NCBI GenBank assembly: GCA_031414955.1
Contig: JANOQV010000084.1
Coordinates: 1-54,619, forward strand
Origin: Pedosphaera sp.
GTDB lineage: Bacteria > Verrucomicrobiota > Verrucomicrobiia > Limisphaerales > SIBH01
Direction: 5' to 3'
Length of the DNA: 54,619 nucleotides
This document shows, one piece after another, positions 27,816-36,746 of the stretch (position 1 is the stretch's first letter; each line of letters opens with the position of its first letter). The position numbers and the translations under genes were made by a program. Under the pieces are notes generated by a model that worked only from the letters and a program-made list of their open reading frames with translations, had not been told where the DNA came from and searched no databases.

Positions 27816-29351
27816 TTACTGTTTTACAGATTGCTGATTTACTGCTCCTGGTCGCGTGCAGAGATAAACCCGGAACCGCATCATCGGCCGGCCCTGATGC
27901 TCCGACCAGAAGTCGTCCACCTGCTCGCAGCTCGGATAGTCGCGGAGCAGTTCGCGCGGCAGCACCGGCTCGCGACGGCGCATCATGGTGACGTAGAGGG
28001 CGCGGGGATGATTGGTGGGATTGAAGTAAGGCCAGAGGCTGAACTGGCTGCTGCCAAACTTCTCACGCGGCAGATAAGTGCGCGGTTGGTCGGGCAGATA
28101 GTAGCTCATCATGCTCGCCTCCTGGTAACGGTGGCCGATGAGCACGGTGGCACCGTGGTTGGTGCGGGCCTGCTGAACGCGCGCCGCAAAAACATCCCAG
28201 CCCTTGGCGGTGCGCAATGGATCGAGGTCGCCGTTCAGGCGCAACAGATCCGTGTCGTGCCCCAGGACGGTCATGACCAGCGCCAGCCCGAGCGCCGGAA
28301 TCACCGCCCAGCGCCAGCGCGGAGAATGCGCGGTCAGCTTCCGCCAGAACACCACCAGGAGAACGATGCCGGCAAGCAGGGCGGGCGCGGTCCAGTTCTC
28401 CTTGCCGGCTTTGTTAAGACTGAAAAACAGGAAGATGCCGGTGAGCGGAATCAGTTGCGTGAGCAACAATCGGATGCGCGGATCGTCATGCTGGCGGCGG
28501 GCCAGACCGAGCACGGCCACCAGCATCCCCAGCCCCAGCAACGGTGAGAGCACGAGGAATTGGCCGCCCACAAATTGAAAGAACTCGGCGGGATGAATCC
28601 CGAACGAGCCTTCCGCGCCGCTGCGCGAACTGAGGGCCATCGCATGAACCCAGCCTGTTTGGTAATTCCACCAGAGCAAGGGCGAAATGGTCAGGCAGAA
28701 GGCCAGGCACATGAGAATGCTCTGCCTACTGAAGAAGTATTTGCGGTGCGGCCTGGACCAGAGCAGGAAGAGCGCGATGGAAACCAACTGCACGCCGTTG
28801 GTGAACTTGGCCAGGAAGCCCAGCCCGATGACCACGCCCAGCAAGATCCAATGCCAGATGCGCCCGGAATGAATCGCCGTCCAGAACAGGCTCAGGCCCC
28901 ACGCCCAGGAGAGGATGCTCATGGGATCGATGGTCATGATGATTGCCTCGGCCGCGAACAGTGGAATGAACAAAACGAGGGCGAAGCACCACAGCGCGGT
29001 GCGCTCGTCGAACAGCCGGCGCGCCAAGGAGAAGAGAATCCAACTCGTGCCCGAGAGACAAAGCACGGCGAAGACGCGAATGCCGAAGGCGGTGTCACCG
29101 AAGAGTTTGGTTCCCAGCGCGATGAACCACGCCACCAGCGGCCCCTTGTCCCGGTAGGAAAGGGCCAGGTTCTTCGACCAGAGCCAGTAATAGGCCTCGT
29201 CGGGGAACAGTTGCATCCGGGAGATGAACCAGAGGCGGAACAGCGTCACGACGACCAGCGCCGCGAGCATGACTTTCACGGCATCGAACGGCAGCGGTGC
29301 GAGCGTCTGGGCGCGCGCGCCGCCGGCCGACACGGGAGAAGCATCAGCCAC
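27816..29351 (-). CDS. GT-C fold membrane glycosyltransferase (ArnT/PMT-like, GT39/GT83 family)
   Basis: PDEAYYWLWS...LSYRDKGPL, FGIR, TIDP, GFLAKFT, multiple TM helices and a C-terminal periplasmic domain. Confidence 0.88.
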   Translation of the reverse strand: MADASPVSAGGARAQTLAPLPFDAVKVMLAALVVVTLFRLWFISRMQLFPDEAYYWLWSKNLALSYRDKGPLVAWFIALGTKLFGDTAFGIRVFAVLCLSGTSWILFSLARRLFDERTALWCFALVLFIPLFAAEAIIMTIDPMSILSWAWGLSLFWTAIHSGRIWHWILLGVVIGLGFLAKFTNGVQLVSIALFLLWSRPHRKYFFSRQSILMCLAFCLTISPLLWWNYQTGWVHAMALSSRSGAEGSFGIHPAEFFQFVGGQFLVLSPLLGLGMLVAVLGLARRQHDDPRIRLLLTQLIPLTGIFLFFSLNKAGKENWTAPALLAGIVLLVVFWRKLTAHSPRWRWAVIPALGLALVMTVLGHDTDLLRLNGDLDPLRTAKGWDVFAARVQQARTNHGATVLIGHRYQEASMMSYYLPDQPRTYLPREKFGSSQFSLWPYFNPTNHPRALYVTMMRRREPVLPRELLRDYPSCEQVDDFWSEHQGRPMMRFRVYLCTRPGAVNQQSVKQ

Positions 29352-30414
29352 GGTTAGCCTCCCCGGCTGGCGGTGGAGTCGTGCCCGCCTCGCCTCGTTT
29401 GATTTCCTGGATGATGTAGAGCGGACGCTGCTTCACCTGCTCATAGACGCGGCCGAGGTATTCGCCGAACACACCGAAGAGCAGGAGTTGAATCGTCCCG
29501 AAGATGGTGATGGCCGACATGATCGAGGTCCAGCCCGGCACCAGCACGCCACCACGAACGAAGTGATCGTAGAGCACGTAGCAAATGTAGCCGACGAACA
29601 CCGCGAACAGTCCGAGCGAGAGCAGGTAGGCCAGCCGGAGCGGGGCACGCGACATGGAGGCGATGCCATCAAAGGCCAGCAGCAGCATCTTGTGGAAAGG
29701 GTAATGCGTCTCACCCGCCACCCGATCGGCGCGGTCGTAGATAACCTGCGTCTGGGGAAAGCCAATCCACGGCACCAGTCCGCGCAGGAAGCGATGCGAC
29801 TCGCGCAGCCTGGCCAGTTCGGTGAGCGCGCGGCGGCTGAGCAGGCGGAAATCGCCGGTGTTCTTCGGGATGGCCACGCCGCTGATCTTTTCGATCAGCC
29901 AGTAAAACATCTGGGCCGTGATGCGCTTGGTGAACGGCTCCTGGCCGCGCTCGGCCCGCGTGCCGTAGACCACATCGTAGCCCTGCTGGTAGGCCTCGAT
30001 CATGCGAGGCAGCACTTCGGGCGGATCCTGGAGATCGGCATCCATGCTGATGACGACATCGCCGCGCGCGGACTCGAGCCCGGCGGCGAGGGCGAGTTGG
30101 TGGCCGAAGTTGCGCGAGAGATTCACCCCCACGAAACGGCGATCATGTTCACATTGGGCGCTAATCAGGGACCAACTCCGATCCTTGCTGCCGTCGTTGA
30201 CCAGGACGACTTCGATTTCGAGCGCGGGGTCGAGGACTTCCTTGAACACGCGTTGCAGTTCGCGAAAAAGCGCATCGAGGGCTTTATCCTCGTTGTACAC
30301 GGGGATGACGATGGAGACGAAACGCACCACGTTTACCGGGGCGCGGGCACGACTCCCCTGTTCCGCCGGGTTCGCGGGAGAGCGGGGCGCGGTCGCAGCG
30401 ATGTCACTGGCCAT
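29344..30414 (-). CDS. GT2 polyprenyl-phosphate glycosyltransferase (GtrB/ArnC-like)
   Basis: SIVIPVYNE, VNDGSKD, LSRNFGHQLALAAGL, MDADLQDPP, TGDFRLLSR, RFLRGL, two C-terminal TMs, GEYLGRVYEQVKQRPLYII. Confidence 0.93.
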   Translation of the reverse strand: MASDIAATAPRSPANPAEQGSRARAPVNVVRFVSIVIPVYNEDKALDALFRELQRVFKEVLDPALEIEVVLVNDGSKDRSWSLISAQCEHDRRFVGVNLSRNFGHQLALAAGLESARGDVVISMDADLQDPPEVLPRMIEAYQQGYDVVYGTRAERGQEPFTKRITAQMFYWLIEKISGVAIPKNTGDFRLLSRRALTELARLRESHRFLRGLVPWIGFPQTQVIYDRADRVAGETHYPFHKMLLLAFDGIASMSRAPLRLAYLLSLGLFAVFVGYICYVLYDHFVRGGVLVPGWTSIMSAITIFGTIQLLLFGVFGEYLGRVYEQVKQRPLYIIQEIKRGEAGTTPPPAGEANRG

Positions 30415-30488
30415 AGTCGGAAAAAATCGGCACTTCGGCGGAAAGACTCCTGTTTCAGCGCGGAGGCGGCAACAAAATTGATGACCTC

Positions 30489-31586
30489 CTACCCGCCGCG
30501 GTTCACCCGCCGCAACATCACCAACCCGAGCGCTTGGAAAAGAAAATTGGGCAGCCAGACAATGAGGTAGGGGAAAACATCCTCCCGCGTGTCCAGCGAC
30601 TGGCCGAGGATGAGGAAGCTGTAATACGCCATGACCAGCACCAGCGACATGGCCATGCCTGCGCTGGTCTCGCGCCGGTGCGCGCGGATGCCGAGTGGAA
30701 TCCCGATGAGCGTGAAGCCGATGCAGGCGAAGGAGAAAGCGATCTGGGAATGAATCTGCACATCGACCGGCGTGGTCATGACACCTTGAGCCTTCAACTC
30801 CGAGCGCTCCTGCCAGAGTTGCCGGAAAGTCATTTCGCTGAGAGGCGTGTCCTTGGGCGGTTTGTCTTGAAGTGTCAAATCCACCGGCCAGGAACCGAAG
30901 TAAACCGGTCGCCGCTCGCCGCCTTCATCCCCGCCCTGCTCCGCTCCGTAATACCAGGCCTCGCGCAACACCAGGTGCAGTGTCTTGTTCGTCTTGTCGA
31001 ACGAAACCGTGCCGTAGGGCGCGCGGGTGTAGCTAAGAAGATTCGTGCCCGCACGGTCGAACTTGTAGAGTTGCACATCGCGCGCCTCGCCGTGGCGCAG
31101 GCGTCCGAGGTAAATGGTGTAGGGTGGGAATTTGATGAAAGACTTCTCGCTGAGCATGGACTCGAGCCGATCCACATTCTTGAAGAGCAGCGTGCGGTAG
31201 GCCACGCGACAACGCGGCGCGAGTTCGAGATTCACCAGCGCGCACACGCCGCTCAGGAGGACGCTCAGGATCAGGATGGGCGAGATGAGCGAGAGCAGGC
31301 TGATGCCGCTGGCCCGCACGGCGGTGAGTTCGTTGTCGGCGCTGAACCGGCCGAAGGTGAGCAGGGTGGCGGTGAGCATTCCCATCGGGAGCGCGAAGAC
31401 GAGCACGAAGGGAATGAGCAGCCCGATGGCCTGCCCGACCATGAGCAGAGAGGCCTGGCGGTTGACCAGCAGGCTGAGGATTTCCTTGAGCACGTTTCCC
31501 AGCAGCAGCACGAAGGTGAACACCGCCACCGTCATCAGCAGCGACGCGAGCACCTGGCGGGTGAGGTAGCGGTGGAGGGTTTTCAT
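30489..31586 (-). CDS. LptF/LptG family LPS export permease
   Basis: MKTLHRYL, LPMGML...FGRFSADNELTAVRASGISL, 3 TM + periplasmic domain + 3 TM, IGIPLG, WLPN. Confidence 0.92.
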   Translation of the reverse strand: MKTLHRYLTRQVLASLLMTVAVFTFVLLLGNVLKEILSLLVNRQASLLMVGQAIGLLIPFVLVFALPMGMLTATLLTFGRFSADNELTAVRASGISLLSLISPILILSVLLSGVCALVNLELAPRCRVAYRTLLFKNVDRLESMLSEKSFIKFPPYTIYLGRLRHGEARDVQLYKFDRAGTNLLSYTRAPYGTVSFDKTNKTLHLVLREAWYYGAEQGGDEGGERRPVYFGSWPVDLTLQDKPPKDTPLSEMTFRQLWQERSELKAQGVMTTPVDVQIHSQIAFSFACIGFTLIGIPLGIRAHRRETSAGMAMSLVLVMAYYSFLILGQSLDTREDVFPYLIVWLPNFLFQALGLVMLRRVNRGG

Positions 31587-31598
31587 CCTGGCGGGGCA

Positions 31599-31692
31599 AA
31601 CCTCGAACTTTGAACTTTGAACTTTGAACTTTGAACTGGCACGCCCCGCCCCGTTCGAGGTTCAAAGTTCAAAGTTCGAGGTTCAAAGTTCA
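31599..31692. repeat. Heptamer-array palindrome (AACTTTG units / inverted GTTCAAA-type units)
   Basis: aacctcg followed by four aactttg units (31599-31637), a 15-nt GC-rich spacer, then gttcgag/gttcaaa units (31653-31692). Confidence 0.9.
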
Positions 31693-31732
31693 TCTGGTCG
31701 CGCGCAGATTGTTCGGTCCGCGTACCCGGTTC

Positions 31733-31768
31733 AAAAAGAAAAAGCGGCGGTCACTGACCGCCGCTTTC
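31733..31768 (-). terminator. Rho-independent terminator after pal
   Basis: AAAGCGGCGGTCA / TGACCGCCGCTTT inverted repeat (31741-31767); A-tract 31733-31743 gives a U-tract on the minus strand, about 20 nt after the stop. Confidence 0.85.
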
Positions 31769-31787
31769 TGGTTGAGAGGCTCAAGCC

Positions 31788-32417
31788 TTACTTGGGCAGC
31801 ACGAGAATGAACTCGCCGCGGCGGTTCTTGGACCACGCCGCCTCGTTGTGGCCGGTCTCGGCCGGCTTGTCCTTGCCAAAGCTCATGGTATGCACGCGAT
31901 CCGCCGGAATGCCGGCGGCCACGAGCAACTCGCGCAGAGCCAAAGCCCGGCGCTCGCCCAATGAGCGGTTGTATTCCTCGGTGCCACGCTCATCGCAATG
32001 GCCCTCGACGAGTAGGTCCGAGTTCGGATCCTCATTCTTAAAACGGTTCGCGACTTCCTGCACTTTGGCGGCCTCGGCGGCCTTCACGGTGGAGCGATCG
32101 AAGTCGAAGAAAACAATCTGATTCTTGAACTTCTCGCGGTCCTGGGAGCGGCCTTCAATGCTGCGGTTGCCGGAAAACGGGATGCCAGCGTTCGGGTTGA
32201 AGGGAGGCGGGTTAGGATTAACATTGCCGCTTCCGTCGCCGATGGGCGGCAACTTCTCCCCCGTCGGAATGTTTCCGCTCAGGGAACCGTCGCCGATCTT
32301 CCCGCCCGACCCGTAACCGGGCAGCCGCGTGACCCGATCCATTTTCTTTTTGCAACCGGCCAGGCCCAAGGCCAGCACTCCGGCGACAAGCAACACTGAA
32401 AGCTGTTTCAATCTCAT
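31788..32417 (-). CDS. pal: Peptidoglycan-associated lipoprotein (Pal/OmpA family), copy 2
   Basis: Lipobox LGLAGC; VFFDFDRS, VEGHCDERGTEEYNRSLGERRA, SFGKDKPA, WSKNRR; ATGA overlap with copy 1. Confidence 0.9.
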   Translation of the reverse strand: MRLKQLSVLLVAGVLALGLAGCKKKMDRVTRLPGYGSGGKIGDGSLSGNIPTGEKLPPIGDGSGNVNPNPPPFNPNAGIPFSGNRSIEGRSQDREKFKNQIVFFDFDRSTVKAAEAAKVQEVANRFKNEDPNSDLLVEGHCDERGTEEYNRSLGERRALALRELLVAAGIPADRVHTMSFGKDKPAETGHNEAAWSKNRRGEFILVLPK

Positions 32418-33061
32418 TTCGTATTCTGGGTTGTAATCAACTTCCTCGGCAAGACAAGGATGAATTCTCCACGGCGGTTTTTGCTCCACGAAGCTTCGTC
32501 ATGGCCGGCGATGGCCGGCTGGTCCTTGCCGAAGCTGCGGGTGAAGACGTGCGCGCCGTCCACGCCCGACTTGATGAGCAGTTCGCGGAGGGCAAGCGCG
32601 CGGCGTTCACCGAGGGAGCGGTTGTATTCCTCCGTGCCACGCTCATCGCAATGACCCTCGATCAGCAGATCGAAACCAGGACCCTTGGCCCGGAACGCCC
32701 CGGCCACCTGCTCCACCTTCGAGGCTTCGCTGCCGCGCACATTCGAGAGGTCATAGTCGAAATAAGCCGTCTCGTTGGCGAAGATGCTGCGATCTTTGTC
32801 GCGGCCTTCCAAATTGGTGTCGTCCGGCAAGCCGGCCTTGAGTTGATCCAACTCATTGGCCACCGGCGTGACTTCGCCGATGCCACCCGTGGTCGTGACC
32901 GGGGGTGCGCTCAAGTCCAACGGCGCGGACGCGGCCAGAGTGTTGCCGGCCACGGAGTGACCGGGCAGGACCGTGGTACGGATCGGTGTTTGTTTGCAGC
33001 CGGTCAGGGCGAACGCGAGCAGCGAAGCCGTCGCGAGAGTGAGCAGTGTCGATATTTTCAT
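32414..33061 (-). CDS. pal: Peptidoglycan-associated lipoprotein (Pal/OmpA family), copy 1
   Basis: Lipobox ALTGC; YFDYD, IEGHCDERGTEEYNRSLGERRA, SFGKDQPA, WSKNRR; directly downstream of tolB. Confidence 0.9.
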   Translation of the reverse strand: MKISTLLTLATASLLAFALTGCKQTPIRTTVLPGHSVAGNTLAASAPLDLSAPPVTTTGGIGEVTPVANELDQLKAGLPDDTNLEGRDKDRSIFANETAYFDYDLSNVRGSEASKVEQVAGAFRAKGPGFDLLIEGHCDERGTEEYNRSLGERRALALRELLIKSGVDGAHVFTRSFGKDQPAIAGHDEASWSKNRRGEFILVLPRKLITTQNTK

Positions 33062-33080
33062 TTGGTTTTTTGCAGCGGGT

Positions 33081-34268
33081 TCACCTCGCCCAACTCGGCT
33101 GGGAGGCGCTCCCTGTTATTCGGGCAATATCCTTCGTTTGTTTGCTCGGCACGTCAAGCAACGACAAGACGCGTCGATAGTTCACCGTCCGAACGAACAT
33201 CACAGCGCGCGAGTTGGGCGCCCACACTGGATCTTCGCCGGCCACCAACACGGTGGCCGTTCCGCGGAGAGGACCTTCCATCGGAGTCACACAAATCTGA
33301 AAGCCGGCGCCGGATTGGGAAGTGAAGACGAGATACTTCCCGTCGGGCGACCAGTCTGGTTCAGTGGGACTCGGAGCGTTGACGAACAGGCGCGTCAACG
33401 CGCCGCCGCCAGCGGGAATGGTATAGAGCGCCGGCTTGCCGGTCTGGCGCGACACCACGCAGATGGTGCGGCTGTCCGGTGACCAGCAGGGCGAGGACTC
33501 GCCGTCGCGCGTGGTAGTGAGTTGCTTCAGGTTGCCGCCATCGGGATCGCTCACGTAGAGATTGGGACTGCCGCTCTTGCTCAAAATCATCGCCACCCGC
33601 CGGCCATCAGGTGAAACGGCGGGGGTGAAGTTATCGCCCGTGGTGGTGGTGACGCGCTTGCGCGCGCCGGTGCCGAGGTTGTGCGAGAGGATGTCCGGTT
33701 TGCCGGCAATCTTGTGAGACATGTAGAAGAGCATGTTGCGGCCGGACCACGACGGTGCGGCGCAGATCACGCCGTCCTTCGTCACGGGCGTGGGGTTGAA
33801 GCCATCGTAATCAGCAATCACGATCTCGCCCGCTCCGTATCCGGTTTGCTGGACCTTGCAGGCGATGCGGGTCTGGGCAATGCCGGACTTGCCCGTGAGC
33901 GACTTGGCAAGGTCATCAGCCAGGGCATGCGCCTGCTGCCGGGTCGCGCCACCAGTGAAGCTCTTGTTGTAAATCATCCGCGAAGCTGCGGGCATCAATG
34001 GATCGATGACGGAAGCGCCGACGCCCGACGCGCTGTTCTTCTGGATGTTATAGCGCGCCTCCTTGGCTTCAACTACCTGAAAGCCCATGAAGGAAAGGTC
34101 GAAGCGCAGCACGGAATCCGCCTCGCCCGAAAAGCCGGCGACGGAGACGGGGATGGGCAAAGGAAAGCCCAGGGGATCGACTTTGATCACGACATCAATC
34201 GTCGGTCCGGCGGCCTGGGCGGCCAGCAATAAACTGCTACCAATCAAAACCAACAATCTCTTCATCAT
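33081..34268 (-). CDS. tolB: TolB-like periplasmic beta-propeller protein
   Basis: Signal peptide; AHALADD, DYDG, PD40 repeats PAVSPDG, PCWSPDS, PDWSPDG, PVWAPNS, PSW; tol-pal gene order. Confidence 0.9.
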   Translation of the reverse strand: MMKRLLVLIGSSLLLAAQAAGPTIDVVIKVDPLGFPLPIPVSVAGFSGEADSVLRFDLSFMGFQVVEAKEARYNIQKNSASGVGASVIDPLMPAASRMIYNKSFTGGATRQQAHALADDLAKSLTGKSGIAQTRIACKVQQTGYGAGEIVIADYDGFNPTPVTKDGVICAAPSWSGRNMLFYMSHKIAGKPDILSHNLGTGARKRVTTTTGDNFTPAVSPDGRRVAMILSKSGSPNLYVSDPDGGNLKQLTTTRDGESSPCWSPDSRTICVVSRQTGKPALYTIPAGGGALTRLFVNAPSPTEPDWSPDGKYLVFTSQSGAGFQICVTPMEGPLRGTATVLVAGEDPVWAPNSRAVMFVRTVNYRRVLSLLDVPSKQTKDIARITGSASQPSWAR

Positions 34269-35182
34269 GCTGAACCTCTTTTTGCCTCGAATGAAATTCG
34301 GATGGTGAACTCGCGCTCCGTGTCCTTTGTTTCCGCCGGGAATGGCGGCACGGAACGCACCGACTTCAAAGCCCCATCCACCGCTTTGTTGAGGAGTGAA
34401 TTGGGCGTGCGACGCACCCACTCGGCGCTCTGCACCCGGCCATCGCGCAGAACGACCACGCGAATAAGCGCATCCACGTCCTCATCACTTTGCGGGTGGT
34501 TGGCATCCACAGCGCGTTTGTAAGCCGCACCCACGAGCCCGCCGTAATTCGCAAAGGCCGGTCCGCCTGGCCCGGGGCCAGCATCCACCACCACATTCTT
34601 GCTCAAACTGTTGTTCAAATTGCCCACGGCGCTGCCGACGTCCTTCGCGATCCGCCTGCGCTCATCCGCATAGCGCTGCTGGGCCTCACGATCCGCCCGT
34701 TGCCTGGCCTCGCGGGCATCGGCTTCCTTTTGCAATTTCACCAAGTCGGCTCTCGGGCGGACAACGACATTCGTGTTGATGTCCGATTTCTTCGCGGTGG
34801 TCGGCAGGTCGCCTCTATCCTTGGGCTTGGCCGTCTCTTTCTGCACCGGTTCCTTGGGCTTGGTTTCAACCCGTTTGGTCTGCACCGGCTTTTTTTCCAA
34901 TTGCTGCTCCGGCTCAGGCTCGGGAGGCTTCTCCTTCATGACCGGCGGCGGTGCGGGCGGTTGAGGCTGCTGGATACTCTGAGGCTGAGGCTGAACCGAG
35001 TTCGGATTTCCGCCCGAGTTGATAATCTTGTCGGTCGGAATGGCGTAGAGGTTGACGACCGGCGGAATCTCGATCGTCTTCCGCGAGGAGATGAAGGCCG
35101 AGCCGAACACAAACACCAGCAACAGCAGGCCGTGAAAGCCCGCCGAGCCGATGAAGCATTTTTTCTCGAATCGGTTCATCAT
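34265..35182 (-). CDS. tolA: TolA/TonB-like energy transducer
   Basis: N-terminal TM with S-x-x-x-H (SAGFHG), Pro/Gln/Lys/Glu-rich and helical linker, TonB_C-like domain (RDGRV...LLNKAV...VPPFP); lies between tolR and tolB. Confidence 0.8.
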   Translation of the reverse strand: MMNRFEKKCFIGSAGFHGLLLLVFVFGSAFISSRKTIEIPPVVNLYAIPTDKIINSGGNPNSVQPQPQSIQQPQPPAPPPVMKEKPPEPEPEQQLEKKPVQTKRVETKPKEPVQKETAKPKDRGDLPTTAKKSDINTNVVVRPRADLVKLQKEADAREARQRADREAQQRYADERRRIAKDVGSAVGNLNNSLSKNVVVDAGPGPGGPAFANYGGLVGAAYKRAVDANHPQSDEDVDALIRVVVLRDGRVQSAEWVRRTPNSLLNKAVDGALKSVRSVPPFPAETKDTEREFTIRISFEAKRGSA

Positions 35183-35592
35183 TTCTCCGGCGAAGTGCGG
35201 AAGGAAAACTTGGTGAGGCCGTTCTTGATGCAACGGTTCATGATGTCGGCGAACGGCTCAATCTTCCCATCCTTGTCCGCCCGCACATACACGATGATGT
35301 TCGGGTTCTTCCTGAAATCACTGACGAGGGCCGTCTCGATTTGCGCCGGCGACATCCTGGCCTTGCCGAGCATGAAATTACCGCGCGCATCAATCTCCAC
35401 GATGCGCACGTTGTCCTTGATGATCTTCGTGTCGGCTGCACCGCCTTGAGGAAGATTCATGTTCAACCCCTGATCCAGTAGCGGCGTGGTGATGACAAAG
35501 ATGATGAGCAGCACGAACGCAAGGTCGAGCAGCGGAGTGATGTTGATTTCACTCAGCGTGACCAGCGAATTGCGTTGTGAGAAACGGCGCAT
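35179..35592 (-). CDS. tolR: TolR/ExbD biopolymer transport protein
   Basis: SEINITPLLDLAFVLLIIFVITTP, VRADK; cluster context. Confidence 0.9.
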   Translation of the reverse strand: MRRFSQRNSLVTLSEINITPLLDLAFVLLIIFVITTPLLDQGLNMNLPQGGAADTKIIKDNVRIVEIDARGNFMLGKARMSPAQIETALVSDFRKNPNIIVYVRADKDGKIEPFADIMNRCIKNGLTKFSFRTSPEK

Positions 35593-35598
35593 CTTACG

Positions 35599-35682
35599 AA
35601 ATGACGAATGACGAATGACTAACGACGAATGACCCGCCGCGCCGCACGCGGTTCGTCATTTGTAATTTGTCATTCGTCATTC
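35599..35682. repeat. Heptamer-array palindrome (GAATGAC units / inverted GTCATTC units)
   Basis: aaatgac gaatgac gaatgac taacgac gaatgac (35599-35633), spacer, gtcattt gtaattt gtcattc gtcattc (to 35682); fills the tolQ-tolR intergenic gap. Confidence 0.9.
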
Positions 35683-35685
35683 TCT

Positions 35686-36414
35686 TCACGTTTCGTCCTT
35701 CAAGTATTCCGTCTCCAGTTGGGAGACGAGTTTCTGCGCGAAATTGTCCAACTCGACCGTGAGCACGCGCAGGTTATGCACGAGATAGTTGTAACCAAAC
35801 ATCGATGGAATAGCGACGAGCAAACCCGCCACCGTCGTGATCAAAGCCGCCGCCACGCCCGGTGCCATCGTGGCCAGATCTGCGCTACCCTTCATCGCCA
35901 CGTAACTGAATGCGCTCATCACACCCCAGACTGTGCCCAACAGCCCCAGAAACGGAGCGCCGCTCACCGCCAGCGCAAGGAGGATTAGCCCCGACTCCAA
36001 CTTGAGCGACTGCGAGGCGACCGCGCTCTCCAAGGTGCGCTTAATGTGCTCCAACGATTTGATCGAGAGCAGGGTCTTGCGCCCGCCCTCGGGAGTCTTG
36101 AGCCGCGTCTCGGCTTCCTTGCAGCCCTCCTGATAGACGACAAAGAGCGGGCAATCCTCCACGTTCACCCGGCGGTCAAAGACATCAAGGGCGTGCTTTT
36201 GGGTTCGGAATTCGTTCTCGAAGAGGCGGTTCAACCGTTTGGCGCGGCGCATTTGCATGCCCTTGGCCACCATCACCGACCAGGAGAAAATCGAGAAGAC
36301 CAGCAGGCAACCGATGATGATGCGTCCCTCATTGGTGGACTGTCCCCAAATATAGGACAACTCCACCTCCTTCGGCTTCGCGGCGGCGGCGGCAAAAATA
36401 CAAAACAGGTTCAT
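35686..36414 (-). CDS. tolQ: TolQ/ExbB (MotA/TolQ/ExbB proton channel family)
   Basis: SIFSW, APFLGLLGTVWGVM, APGVAAALITTVAGLLVAIPS..GYN. Confidence 0.92.
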   Translation of the reverse strand: MNLFCIFAAAAAKPKEVELSYIWGQSTNEGRIIIGCLLVFSIFSWSVMVAKGMQMRRAKRLNRLFENEFRTQKHALDVFDRRVNVEDCPLFVVYQEGCKEAETRLKTPEGGRKTLLSIKSLEHIKRTLESAVASQSLKLESGLILLALAVSGAPFLGLLGTVWGVMSAFSYVAMKGSADLATMAPGVAAALITTVAGLLVAIPSMFGYNYLVHNLRVLTVELDNFAQKLVSQLETEYLKDET

Positions 36415-36746
36415 GCTCTCACGACTTCACGACACACTTCTTCCGTCATTTGGAAACCACTGACTTGAGCGTGAGGAACCGATGAACGCCAAGCTTCAGG
36501 CTTGCTGCTAGTAATGACAGCAGAAGCGCGGCGGGACTTCAAAAATTTTCTGCGGAAATTTTTAACAAGTTGTTCACCGTCCGTAGAGCCGCGAACCAGA
36601 GTGATTCGGGGGCTGGGGCGAAGCCACGAAACCGGTCCATTGGACCGGCGCTCCTCCTGGTTCGCAATGCTTCTGGAACGCAGCCGTTGCTCGCCGTGCA
36701 GTTTCCGCTTGGCGGCAGGCTCGTCCCCTCCCCTACATTCACCGCG

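Noticed and set aside
31599..31692. Heptamer arrays as mini-CRISPRs
   Set aside because: Units are contiguous 7-mers without spacers and are arranged as inverted arms.
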